Part shown: piece by piece, positions 29,368 through 36,610 of the stretch
Position numbering within the stretch: the first letter of the stretch is position 1
Layout of the letters: each line of letters opens with the position of its first letter
Assembly (NCBI GenBank): GCA_028286565.1
Contig: JAQBRH010000004.1
Coordinates: forward strand, 33,951 to 97,950
Origin: Parcubacteria group bacterium
GTDB lineage: Bacteria; Patescibacteriota; Minisyncoccia; Phycocordibacterales; Zambryskibacteraceae
Length of the DNA: 64,000 nt
Reading direction: 5' to 3'
Position numbers and translations under genes: made by a program
The notes under the pieces: model-generated
What the model saw: the letters and a program-made list of their open reading frames with translations, nothing else
The model's database searches: none
Told to the model about the DNA's origin: nothing

Positions 29368-29416
29368 ATCTCTAGAATATCACGAGCTGGCCCTGTGGGA
29401 CGAAGTTGGAACCTTT

Positions 29417-29842
29417 TTAGCTGTTTGACTCTTTGAAATCTCCAAATGCTTTACGGATAACGTCAAGTAAGGGCTTCTTATCTGCATAAACATATTCTTT
29501 GCCCACCCTTCGAACGAATTCCTCTGGACCAACTGGCCATCCATAAAATTCTAAGGTCTCTCGATTTTGTGTTAAAAGATGAGAAAGAGTTTCAGGTTCA
29601 TATACAAACAAAGCTCCTTGGGTACCAATTAAAGTTGTGTCTCTATTTGTGAGTAGAACAGGAATTAAGCCATTTTCTTTTGCATGATCAATTTCTTCTT
29701 GAACAGAAATATGAAAATATCTCTCCATAGAATCAACGGGTAAATATCCTACGGATTTGTGAGGGCCGAGATTGCGAATGTGTTCAAGGGCTTCTAACCT
29801 TTCTTTCTCAAATAGATCAGATGCGGTTGGTTCTTGCTCCAT
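29417..29842 (-). CDS. Hypothetical protein (tRNA-proximal cassette)
   Basis: 141-aa ORF with TGnTATAGT 8 nt before the ATG; stop 3 nt from the repeat. Confidence 0.7.
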   Translation of the reverse strand: MEQEPTASDLFEKERLEALEHIRNLGPHKSVGYLPVDSMERYFHISVQEEIDHAKENGLIPVLLTNRDTTLIGTQGALFVYEPETLSHLLTQNRETLEFYGWPVGPEEFVRRVGKEYVYADKKPLLDVIRKAFGDFKESNS

Positions 29843-29861
29843 AGATTAATACTATAACAAA

Positions 29862-30074
29862 GTTCGAGTCCCTATTGGTTGCTGCCGATCAGGGACTCGC
29901 TCCTTACAGGAACAGGACAGAATTCGTCAGGGACTCGGTCACTCATAAAATTCTCCTGAATTTTTGTGCGACCCCGCCTCGGCCCGCCGGCCTCCGGCTT
30001 TCGAGTCCGCGCGACGCTTCGCATGTGCGAAACTGCGCCTGATCGGCAGCAAAACACGCTGCGCTTTCGTTTTG
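29862..30074 (-). ncRNA. Structured tRNA-Gln 3' trailer element (putative)
   Basis: Split antisense copy of the tRNA 3' end, conserved core GCCGGAG...CGAGGCGGGGTCGC...GTGACC, then sense copies of the tRNA 3' end; the same design occurs at 40270-40455. Confidence 0.6.
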
Positions 30075-30145
30075 CTGCCGATCAGGGACTCGAACCCCAA
30101 TTAACCGCTCCAGAGGCGGTCGTCCTACCATTAGACGAATCGGCA
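30075..30145 (-). tRNA. tRNA-Gln(CTG)
   Basis: Cloverleaf TGCCGAT...ACCGC-CTCTGGA-GCGGT...GGTTCGAGTCC...ATCGGCA-G; CCA not encoded. Confidence 0.95.
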
Positions 30146-30232
30146 ATTACACACAACAAACCGGCAATACCGGGAAAGAATAGCTTAAAACAAGCCCTAT
30201 TTCAAGGTATGGATCTCGAGTATACTAAGCGC

Positions 30233-30664
30233 ATGAACTGGGAAAAGAAATTCACAGACTCCATCGGGTCTAAAACATCGGTCGTCTTGCACACGATCTT
30301 TTTCATCATCATGCTTGTCCTCCCCTTCTTCGGAGTGCGGGTCGACACGGTCCTCCTCGTCCTGACCACCCTCGTGTCCTTGGAGGCCATATATCTCGCC
30401 ATTTTTATCCAGATATCAGTGAACCAGAACACCGCGAGCCTCGAAGAGGTCGAAGAGAACATCGACGAGATCCAAGAGGATGTCGACGAGATCCAAGCGA
30501 ACGTCGATGAGATCTCCACGGACATCGACGAGATCCAAGGAGATGTGGACGAGATCCAGGAAGACGTGCGAGAGGACAAGGACGCCGAAGGAGACCTCGA
30601 CCACATCCAAGCTATGCTTGAAAAGCTTCTCGAAGAAGTGAACAGATTAAAGAATCAAAAATAA
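30233..30664 (+). CDS. DUF1003-like membrane protein with acidic heptad-repeat coiled coil
   Basis: LTTLVSLEAIYLAIFIQ followed by (I/V)DEIQxD repeats; start after TATACT. Confidence 0.75.
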   Translation: MNWEKKFTDSIGSKTSVVLHTIFFIIMLVLPFFGVRVDTVLLVLTTLVSLEAIYLAIFIQISVNQNTASLEEVEENIDEIQEDVDEIQANVDEISTDIDEIQGDVDEIQEDVREDKDAEGDLDHIQAMLEKLLEEVNRLKNQK

Positions 30665-30671
30665 CACAACT

Positions 30672-30836
30672 ATGAAAAATATATTCCGCTGGTGCAGACC
30701 CGAGAACTATCACCCCTCTCCCCTCCTTCGAAGCTTCCAGCTATTCCTCCTCGTCCTTATCATCATCGGACTCTTCCTGCTCGCGACCGAGCGATACTGG
30801 ATCGGACCGCTCGTAAGCTATATTTTGAACCAATAA
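30672..30836 (+). CDS. Small membrane protein, 54 aa (not in ORF track)
   Basis: MKNIFRWCRPENYHPSPLLRSFQLFLLVLIIIGLFLLATERYWIGPLVSYILNQ; fills the gap between neighbours. Confidence 0.6.
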   Translation: MKNIFRWCRPENYHPSPLLRSFQLFLLVLIIIGLFLLATERYWIGPLVSYILNQ

Positions 30837-30837
30837 C

Positions 30838-32520
30838 TCAGGCGGCGTTCGGAGCGAGCTCTTCCGTATGATCGAGCACGGCCACTTTCGGTAGGCGCGT
30901 AGAGAAAAGAAGCGAAAGGAACGAGAAGGCCAGTCCGTAGGCGAGCGCCGTTTTCGAAGCGTCCACGGTCGCCTGGTGAGTGATGGTCGTCAGCTCGTCT
31001 TTAAGAGAGGCGGGTATGTTCGCGTTCTGAAGCGCCGCCACTCCGCCGAATTCGATGTTCGAGGTTTGGGTCGTCACCGCGAGCGCGATGCGGGCTTTCT
31101 CCGCTCTAGGAATAACCCGGCTCTCCGTTACTCCGGTGCCGAGGTTCGAAGAGAGGCTCGAGATCATGACCGCTCCGATGATAGCCGAGCCGAGAGACAT
31201 GCCCACTTGCCTGAACGTATTCGTCACTCCGGCGGCCTCGCCCGACTCCTGGACCGGGAGGGCGGAGAGAGCGAGGTTGTTCGATTGGCCCATGATGAGG
31301 CCCATGCCGAATCCGAAGATCATAAATCCGGGAGCGAAAGCCCATTGCGTCGCCCCAAGGTGAAGGCTTTCTCGGAGCACAAAGAATCCGAGCATGTTGA
31401 GCATAATGCCGAACTGGATAATGTGTTTTGGAGAGATGAGCTTGCCGAGATAGGCGGAGAGCGGAGCGGCGATCAAGATAACGATCGACATGGGGATGAG
31501 CGCGTATCCCGTATGCAGCGGGTCAAGCCCGAGCACCGCCTGAAAATAAACGGGAGCGGAGAACGAAAGGCCCGCCATCCCAAGCGTCATAAGAGCGGTG
31601 ATAATGGTCGCTCCGGTAAATTGCTTATTTTTGAATATAGCCAAAGAGACGAGCGGCGCATCTCCTCTCTTCGCCACTCGCTCTTCGTAGACGGCAAAGA
31701 GGCCGAGGAGGAGAAAGCCGACAAGGATAAAAAACGGCGTCGGAGAGACCCCTCCGAGGTCGACCGCTCTGCCGAACACATCAAAGACTGCTTTGGACTT
31801 CCACCATCCGTACGTCGAGGCTTCGATGAACCCGAAGACGAGAGAGAGAAGACCAAGGGCTGAAAGGACGATGCCTCCGAAGTCTATTCTCTTCTTCATC
31901 GAATTGTCCTTGGCCTCATGGATGATGAACGATCCGAGGATAAGAAGAAGAACCACCAGGATGTTCACTCTGAACGCCCAGCGCCAGCTGTAGTTCGTTG
32001 AAAGCCATCCGCCGACGACCGGACCAAGGGCGGCGGCGGCCGACGCGATCCCTCCCCAAACCCCGAAGGCGAGGGCGAGGTCTCGGCCCTTGTAGCACGA
32101 GCGGAGAAGAGAGACCGTCGCAGGCATCATGAGAGCGGCCCCGATCCCTTCGATGACCGCTTCGCCGAGGATGAGGACGCCTACCGATTGGCTGATCGAA
32201 GTGATGAACGATCCGATCGCAAAGATCACGGCTCCGAGAATGAACATCTTCTTTCTCCCAAAGAGGTCCCCTAGCCGGCCGCCGGTAATGGTGAAGGCGG
32301 CAAGGATGAGCGAATACGCGGTGATCACCCACTGGATCTTTTGGATAGTGGTGTGGAGGTCGGTGATGATCGTTCGCAGGGTCACGTTCAAGATCGTCGT
32401 GTCGAGGATGATGATCGCCAGGGCAAGCGAAAGCACGAACAGCGGGCCCCATTTTTTAAAGAATGAGGCCCGGAAGGCGCTGTCTCCTTCGGCAGGAAGG
32501 GCTTTAAGGGTTTGGTCCAT
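30838..32520 (-). CDS. MFS drug:H+ antiporter, DHA2 (EmrB/QacA-like)
   Basis: LDTTILNV, GGRLGDLFGRKK, GPVVGG and WRWAFRVN; about 14 TM segments. Confidence 0.9.
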   Translation of the reverse strand: MDQTLKALPAEGDSAFRASFFKKWGPLFVLSLALAIIILDTTILNVTLRTIITDLHTTIQKIQWVITAYSLILAAFTITGGRLGDLFGRKKMFILGAVIFAIGSFITSISQSVGVLILGEAVIEGIGAALMMPATVSLLRSCYKGRDLALAFGVWGGIASAAAALGPVVGGWLSTNYSWRWAFRVNILVVLLLILGSFIIHEAKDNSMKKRIDFGGIVLSALGLLSLVFGFIEASTYGWWKSKAVFDVFGRAVDLGGVSPTPFFILVGFLLLGLFAVYEERVAKRGDAPLVSLAIFKNKQFTGATIITALMTLGMAGLSFSAPVYFQAVLGLDPLHTGYALIPMSIVILIAAPLSAYLGKLISPKHIIQFGIMLNMLGFFVLRESLHLGATQWAFAPGFMIFGFGMGLIMGQSNNLALSALPVQESGEAAGVTNTFRQVGMSLGSAIIGAVMISSLSSNLGTGVTESRVIPRAEKARIALAVTTQTSNIEFGGVAALQNANIPASLKDELTTITHQATVDASKTALAYGLAFSFLSLLFSTRLPKVAVLDHTEELAPNAA

Positions 32521-32569
32521 AGGTATAAAGACGAGGCTCTATCCTAGCACTTACGCTGAAAAATCATAC

Positions 32570-33028
32570 CTATTGACATGCGATGCGAGATGTCACGCTT
32601 CCCACTCCGACGAGGGCGAGGCCGGTGGTCGAGGCAAAGCCCGTAGAATCGACGCACCAGACGTCTCCGCTGAGGAGCGGAAGGGCGATCACATATGAAG
32701 AGGTGTCGTTCGCGCAGGTAGCCGACGCATTCACCGCCGCTTGGGCGGCAGAAACTTGATTGGCGACGTTGTTGGCCACGGTGACGTCGAACACGTTGTT
32801 GAGGCTTGCACAGGCGGTATCCGATGAACCATAGGACTCACCGTTGTTGTCGAAGTAGAGCGTCGCCTGGGCGCGAACGCTATCAAGGTTCGACTTGGCG
32901 GCGGCGTCGTGGCCCTTGGACCTCGCCCGGGTGAGGGACCCTAATACGATCTGTGACAGGATGCCTATGATGGCTATGACCACCAAAAGCTCGACGAGGG
33001 TAAATCCTCGGGAATATGTTTTACGCAT
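32570..33028 (-). CDS. Type IV pilin (orphan copy)
   Basis: [18 protein letters not shown] and C-terminal WCVDSTG. Confidence 0.88.
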   Translation of the reverse strand: MRKTYSRGFTLVELLVVIAIIGILSQIVLGSLTRARSKGHDAAAKSNLDSVRAQATLYFDNNGESYGSSDTACASLNNVFDVTVANNVANQVSAAQAAVNASATCANDTSSYVIALPLLSGDVWCVDSTGFASTTGLALVGVGSVTSRIACQ

Positions 33029-33143
33029 CCCCTTATCATATCGGGAAGCTCGACAGTTGTATATATCTGTATCCCCATGTGTAATTCTTTGCCCTATTTC
33101 ACGTCTGTACATGTGTGGGTAATTGATAATCGATTAGAAAAAC

Positions 33144-33293
33144 ATGCTTACAACCATCGCAGTTATACTCTTGATCCTTTGGCTCCTTGGAGTCGTGACA
33201 TCGTACACCATCGGAGGATTCATCCATATCCTCCTTGTGATCGCGATCGTCATGATCCTCGTCCGCCTCATCCGCGGCGAAAAGGTAGTCTAA
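33144..33293 (+). CDS. lmo0937-like small membrane protein, 49 aa (not in ORF track)
   Basis: MLTTIAVILLILWLLGVVTSYTIGGFIHILLVIAIVMILVRLIRGEKVV. Confidence 0.8.
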   Translation: MLTTIAVILLILWLLGVVTSYTIGGFIHILLVIAIVMILVRLIRGEKVV

Positions 33294-33300
33294 GGACACA

Positions 33301-33339
33301 CAAAAAACCACCCCGAGAGCAGTAGGGAGTGGTTTTTTG
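33301..33339. terminator. Bidirectional terminator
   Basis: caaaaaaccac...gtggttttttg between convergent genes. Confidence 0.6.
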
Positions 33340-33347
33340 TTGGAAAC

Positions 33348-33827
33348 TTATTTGACCGTGAGCGTTCCTTTCATACCCATCTGGCGGTGCGTCCCGACGG
33401 AGCAGTAGAATTCGAACGAGCCGGACCTGTCCGCGGTGAAAGTGACTGTGTCGCTTTCTCCTCCGTTGATCCTCTTCGTCGCAGCGGCGAATTCATCGAT
33501 CTTAAAATCATGAAGTCCTCCGGAGTTTTTGAAGATGATAGTGACCTTGTCTCCTTTGTTGACGCTCAGCGCGCTCGGGGCGAAAGCAAAGTTCGATCCG
33601 GTGACGGTGAAGGTCTTTGAAGTTGGAGCTGATACGGGCGCCGGTGTGGCGGAGGTCGAAGTGGAAACGGGCGCCGGGACCGTCCCATCATCTACCATGC
33701 CCGAGTCCGTTCCGTATGATGTGTCCGGAGTGGCGGGCATATCATCCATGGCTTCCTTATCATGGAAGATGAAGTAGCCTCCGATGAGGAGTACAAGGAC
33801 TACAACGAGCGTGATCATTTTATTCAT
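33348..33827 (-). CDS. Cupredoxin-domain membrane-anchored protein
   Basis: H...FYCSVGTHRQMGMKG type-1 copper ligands. Confidence 0.85.
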   Translation of the reverse strand: MNKMITLVVVLVLLIGGYFIFHDKEAMDDMPATPDTSYGTDSGMVDDGTVPAPVSTSTSATPAPVSAPTSKTFTVTGSNFAFAPSALSVNKGDKVTIIFKNSGGLHDFKIDEFAAATKRINGGESDTVTFTADRSGSFEFYCSVGTHRQMGMKGTLTVK

Positions 33828-33878
33828 ATCTCTGGGTAATTAAGCGATTAAGGATACTGGATCAATTTTAGCTCCTTT

Positions 33879-34427
33879 CTATCCGAGAGCCAAGGAGCGG
33901 CCGGCGGGATCCGCGAGGAGAAGGTCGTATAACCTTTGGAGAGCTCTCCTATACTGGCTCTTGACCGTATTCAGAGGCTTGTTGAATACATAGCTGATCT
34001 CTTTGAACGTAAGCTCATCCTTATGCCGAAGCAGGAGGAGAACCTGCTCGTTATCCGAAAGTTTCAAAAGAGCGCCGTCGACGATCCCCTGCAGCTCCTG
34101 GCTTTCGGCCAGTTCGAGAGGGGTCGGATCATCGGAGGGAATAGTAGAATCAAAAGGTATCAGTTCCTCGTCGATCATATGATCGAGCCGAGAGAAGGGC
34201 AGAGCTTTTTTCTTCCGCAGAAAGTCCGTCGCGCTGTTGCGCGCGATCGACAGGAGCCATGTTTTGAAATTCTTCGTCCGATCAAAACGATGGAGGTTCG
34301 CCCACGCTTTCATGAACGTTTCCTGTGTCAGGTCCTCCGCTTCATCTTTGTTCCCTACCAGCCTAAACAAGAACCCGCAGATGGACTTCACCAGTTTCTG
34401 ATCAAAGAATAGAATCACGTCCTCCAT
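33879..34427 (-). CDS. ECF RNA polymerase sigma factor
   Basis: AEDLTQETFMKAW, FKTWLLSIARN and TVKSQYRRA. Confidence 0.88.
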   Translation of the reverse strand: MEDVILFFDQKLVKSICGFLFRLVGNKDEAEDLTQETFMKAWANLHRFDRTKNFKTWLLSIARNSATDFLRKKKALPFSRLDHMIDEELIPFDSTIPSDDPTPLELAESQELQGIVDGALLKLSDNEQVLLLLRHKDELTFKEISYVFNKPLNTVKSQYRRALQRLYDLLLADPAGRSLALG

Positions 34428-34460
34428 ATAGGAACGGACGGATTGATGCGGGTTTGCTTT

Positions 34461-35387
34461 CTATACCTTCAAGTATTTGCGGATGGCGAGGATCGACGAG
34501 ATGCCGCCGATAAGGATGCCTGAGACTACGATTAGGAAGAAGATCTGCGGGAGATTATGGAGATAGTAGCTGAAAATATTCAGGCCGATGAAGAAGTTCT
34601 GGGTGACCTGGCCGAGCCAATAGGTCATCGGCAGGAAGATAAAGAGAGTAAGGATCGCCGCCATGAGGCCATAGATCACTCCCACGACCACGAACGGGCC
34701 TTGAATATAGGCCGTGGACGCCCCCACAAGGCGCATGACGCTGATCTCATCCTTGGCTATATAGATAGTGAGGCGGATGGTGTTAAAGGAGATGAGGACC
34801 GAGATGAGGACGAAGGCGAGGGTGATGGCGAATCCGAGCCGGTGGGCGGCGGCGATGATGCGGGTCAGCTTGTCGATCGCGACCTTGTTCTGATAATAGT
34901 TAACATGATCGAGGATGGTCACTCCGGATGGCGAGATGGTGTTCTTCGAACCCAGGAATTGAGCGATGGCTTCGTACTGCGAAGGATCCTTTGCCTTGAT
35001 GTTAAGGGTCGCGCCGAGCGGGTTGTCCGACAACTCTCCGAGAGCGGCGAGGATCGACTGATCGTTCGCATGCCTCTGTTTGAAGGCTTCAAGGGCGTCC
35101 GCTCGAGAGACATACGTCACGAGCGAGACTTCGGGCAGATTTTCGAGTGAGTGCTTGATCGCCAGGATATCATCCTCCGCTGCTGTCGGGATGAAGGTGA
35201 CGTTGATGTCCACTTTGTTGCGGAGTTCGGAAAGAGAGGTATTCAAAATGGCGCTTCCGAAGATAAGGAAGCCGATGACGAACAGGGTCACCATCATGAT
35301 GAGGACGGAAGCTAAAGAGACCGTGCCGTTCCTCCAGAAGTTAAAGAACCCCGTGCGTATGATCCTTTTTGCGTTTGTCCAAAACAT
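34461..35387 (-). CDS. ftsX: Cell division permease FtsX
   Basis: NPL, NTIRLTI and EISVMRLVGAS...I.GPF; downstream of ftsE. Confidence 0.9.
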   Translation of the reverse strand: MFWTNAKRIIRTGFFNFWRNGTVSLASVLIMMVTLFVIGFLIFGSAILNTSLSELRNKVDINVTFIPTAAEDDILAIKHSLENLPEVSLVTYVSRADALEAFKQRHANDQSILAALGELSDNPLGATLNIKAKDPSQYEAIAQFLGSKNTISPSGVTILDHVNYYQNKVAIDKLTRIIAAAHRLGFAITLAFVLISVLISFNTIRLTIYIAKDEISVMRLVGASTAYIQGPFVVVGVIYGLMAAILTLFIFLPMTYWLGQVTQNFFIGLNIFSYYLHNLPQIFFLIVVSGILIGGISSILAIRKYLKV

Positions 35388-35410
35388 ATATGTAGATGAA
35401 TAACTAGACG

Positions 35411-36091
35411 TTAAATAAAGTATTTCCCTTCTTTGTCATCCCTGATGATCCTGCCCTTGTCCATGGCGATCACGCGCTTGTTCAATGAGTCTATCACTCC
35501 TTGGTTATGCGTGGTAAGGATAACCGTCGTCCCCAAGTCGTTGATCTTTTTTAGTATCTGCACGACATCATACGTATTCTCCGGGTCGAGGTTCCCCGTC
35601 GGCTCATCAGCGATGATGATGTCCGGCTGGTTGACGAGCGCGCGAGCGATAGCCACGCGCTGTTTCTCTCCTCCGGAGAGCTCATGGGGGAAGTTCCAGA
35701 TCTTCGCTGAGAGATCGACGAGCTCGAGGACGTAGGGCACATCGGACTGGATCTCTTCATCCGACCTCCCGGCGGCTTCCATGGTAAAGGCGATATTCTC
35801 GAAGATGGTCTTGTCCGGCAGAAGGCGGAAATCTTGGAAAACCATGCCGATCTTTCTGCGGTAATCGTTGATCTCCTGCTTTTTCAGAGTATGGATGTCG
35901 GTTGATTCGTAGAAGACCTGGCCTTCGCTCGGCTTCTCTTCGGCGAGGAGCATTTTGAGGAGGGTGGTCTTGCCCGCGCCGGATTGTCCGACTATGGAGA
36001 CGAACTCTTCGGGTTCTATGGTGAGGGTAACGTTTTGGACCGCTACCGAAGTATCCGGGTAGATTTTACTTACTCGGTCAAAGAAAATCAT
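35411..36091 (-). CDS. ftsE: Cell division ATP-binding protein FtsE
   Basis: GQSGAGKTT, VFQDFRLL, LSGGEKQRVAIARA and ADEPTGNLDP. Confidence 0.92.
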   Translation of the reverse strand: MIFFDRVSKIYPDTSVAVQNVTLTIEPEEFVSIVGQSGAGKTTLLKMLLAEEKPSEGQVFYESTDIHTLKKQEINDYRRKIGMVFQDFRLLPDKTIFENIAFTMEAAGRSDEEIQSDVPYVLELVDLSAKIWNFPHELSGGEKQRVAIARALVNQPDIIIADEPTGNLDPENTYDVVQILKKINDLGTTVILTTHNQGVIDSLNKRVIAMDKGRIIRDDKEGKYFI

Positions 36092-36180
36092 CCTCGAATT
36101 TTAGCATTTTTGGCCCAATGAGCCAATACACAGACCAAAGAAAAAGGCGCCCCCTATCGAGTGACGCCAATCTGAATGAT

Positions 36181-36546
36181 TTATGCTCGTACCGATTGGT
36201 TAGACGGCAAGAGGTTCGTTTCTATATACATTTTTGCCACCGACCGAAGACGGCGCATAGCCAACGGGCTGTTTGGATCTTTCGGGGTGTTGAGCTGAAT
36301 CAGGTATGAGACCAAAACATAGTAGGCAGCCAGCGCTTCATCCCCGAATGGAGTATCCTGATCCATCTCGTCCAGCTTGGATGGATCGTCTTTACATCCG
36401 GGTATTTCGGATTGGAGAGCAAATGTGAGCTCCTGAACACGCACACTGAATCCCTCCATCAAACTTACACTCACACACAGACCCGTCCGAGCGAACATTT
36501 CCGTAGCACTATTGATCAATCTCGAGCCATCTCTCAATGTAATCAT
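36181..36546 (-). CDS. Hypothetical protein
   Basis: 121-aa ORF with AGGAG upstream. Confidence 0.5.
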   Translation of the reverse strand: MITLRDGSRLINSATEMFARTGLCVSVSLMEGFSVRVQELTFALQSEIPGCKDDPSKLDEMDQDTPFGDEALAAYYVLVSYLIQLNTPKDPNSPLAMRRLRSVAKMYIETNLLPSNQSVRA

Positions 36547-36610
36547 TATTATCTCCTAAGAGGTGAGAGTTCTGAAAAAGACATTACCACAGATTAGGCA
36601 ACCAGGCAAG

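Larger units (their letters stand above)
21272..29413. repeat. Dispersed 28-bp direct repeats delimiting gene cassettes (att-like sites)
   Basis: Consensus GCTGGCCCTGTGG(T/G)ACGAAGTTGGAAC(C/T). Clear copies start at 21272, 22545, 23707, 24166, 24627, 25212, 25848, 26967, 27532, 27867, 28401 and 29386; degenerate copies near 20412, 21682, 21992 and 28840. All share one orientation and the clear copies are intergenic. Confidence 0.95.
20400..29900. mobile_element. tRNA-Gln-anchored cassette array / genomic island
   Basis: Mostly AT-richer than the flanks, short unrelated genes separated by direct repeats, abuts the tRNA-Gln 3' end and its duplicated copy at 29880-29899; no integrase in the window. 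The left boundary is uncertain. Confidence 0.75.

Noticed and set aside
21272-29413. CRISPR array (28-bp repeats ending in GGAAC)
   Set aside because: Intervals are hundreds of bp long and contain whole genes, the repeats are too variable, and no cas genes are in the window.
21272-29413. Classical integron attC sites
   Set aside because: GTTGGAAC only loosely resembles GTTRRRY/RYYYAAC; there is no long imperfect palindrome with paired R and L boxes and no intI.
21272-29413. XerC/D pdif modules (28 bp could be 11-6-11)
   Set aside because: No ATAA/TTAT inverted arms or XerD-like TTATGTTAAAT, and all copies are in direct orientation.
20400-30145. Prophage or ICE at tRNA-Gln
   Set aside because: No integrase, structural, replication or conjugation genes are recognisable.
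30146-30175. 5' leader element on tRNA-Gln
   Set aside because: Only a 7-nt echo (ATTGCCG) of the tRNA start, without the TCGGA...CCTCACT scaffold.
29872-30232. ORFs overlapping tRNA-Gln and its trailer (29872..30057, 29943..30146, the 5' part of 29966..30664; likewise 40181..40474)
   Set aside because: They overlap structured RNA and have no protein-like features; the real CDS starts at 30233.
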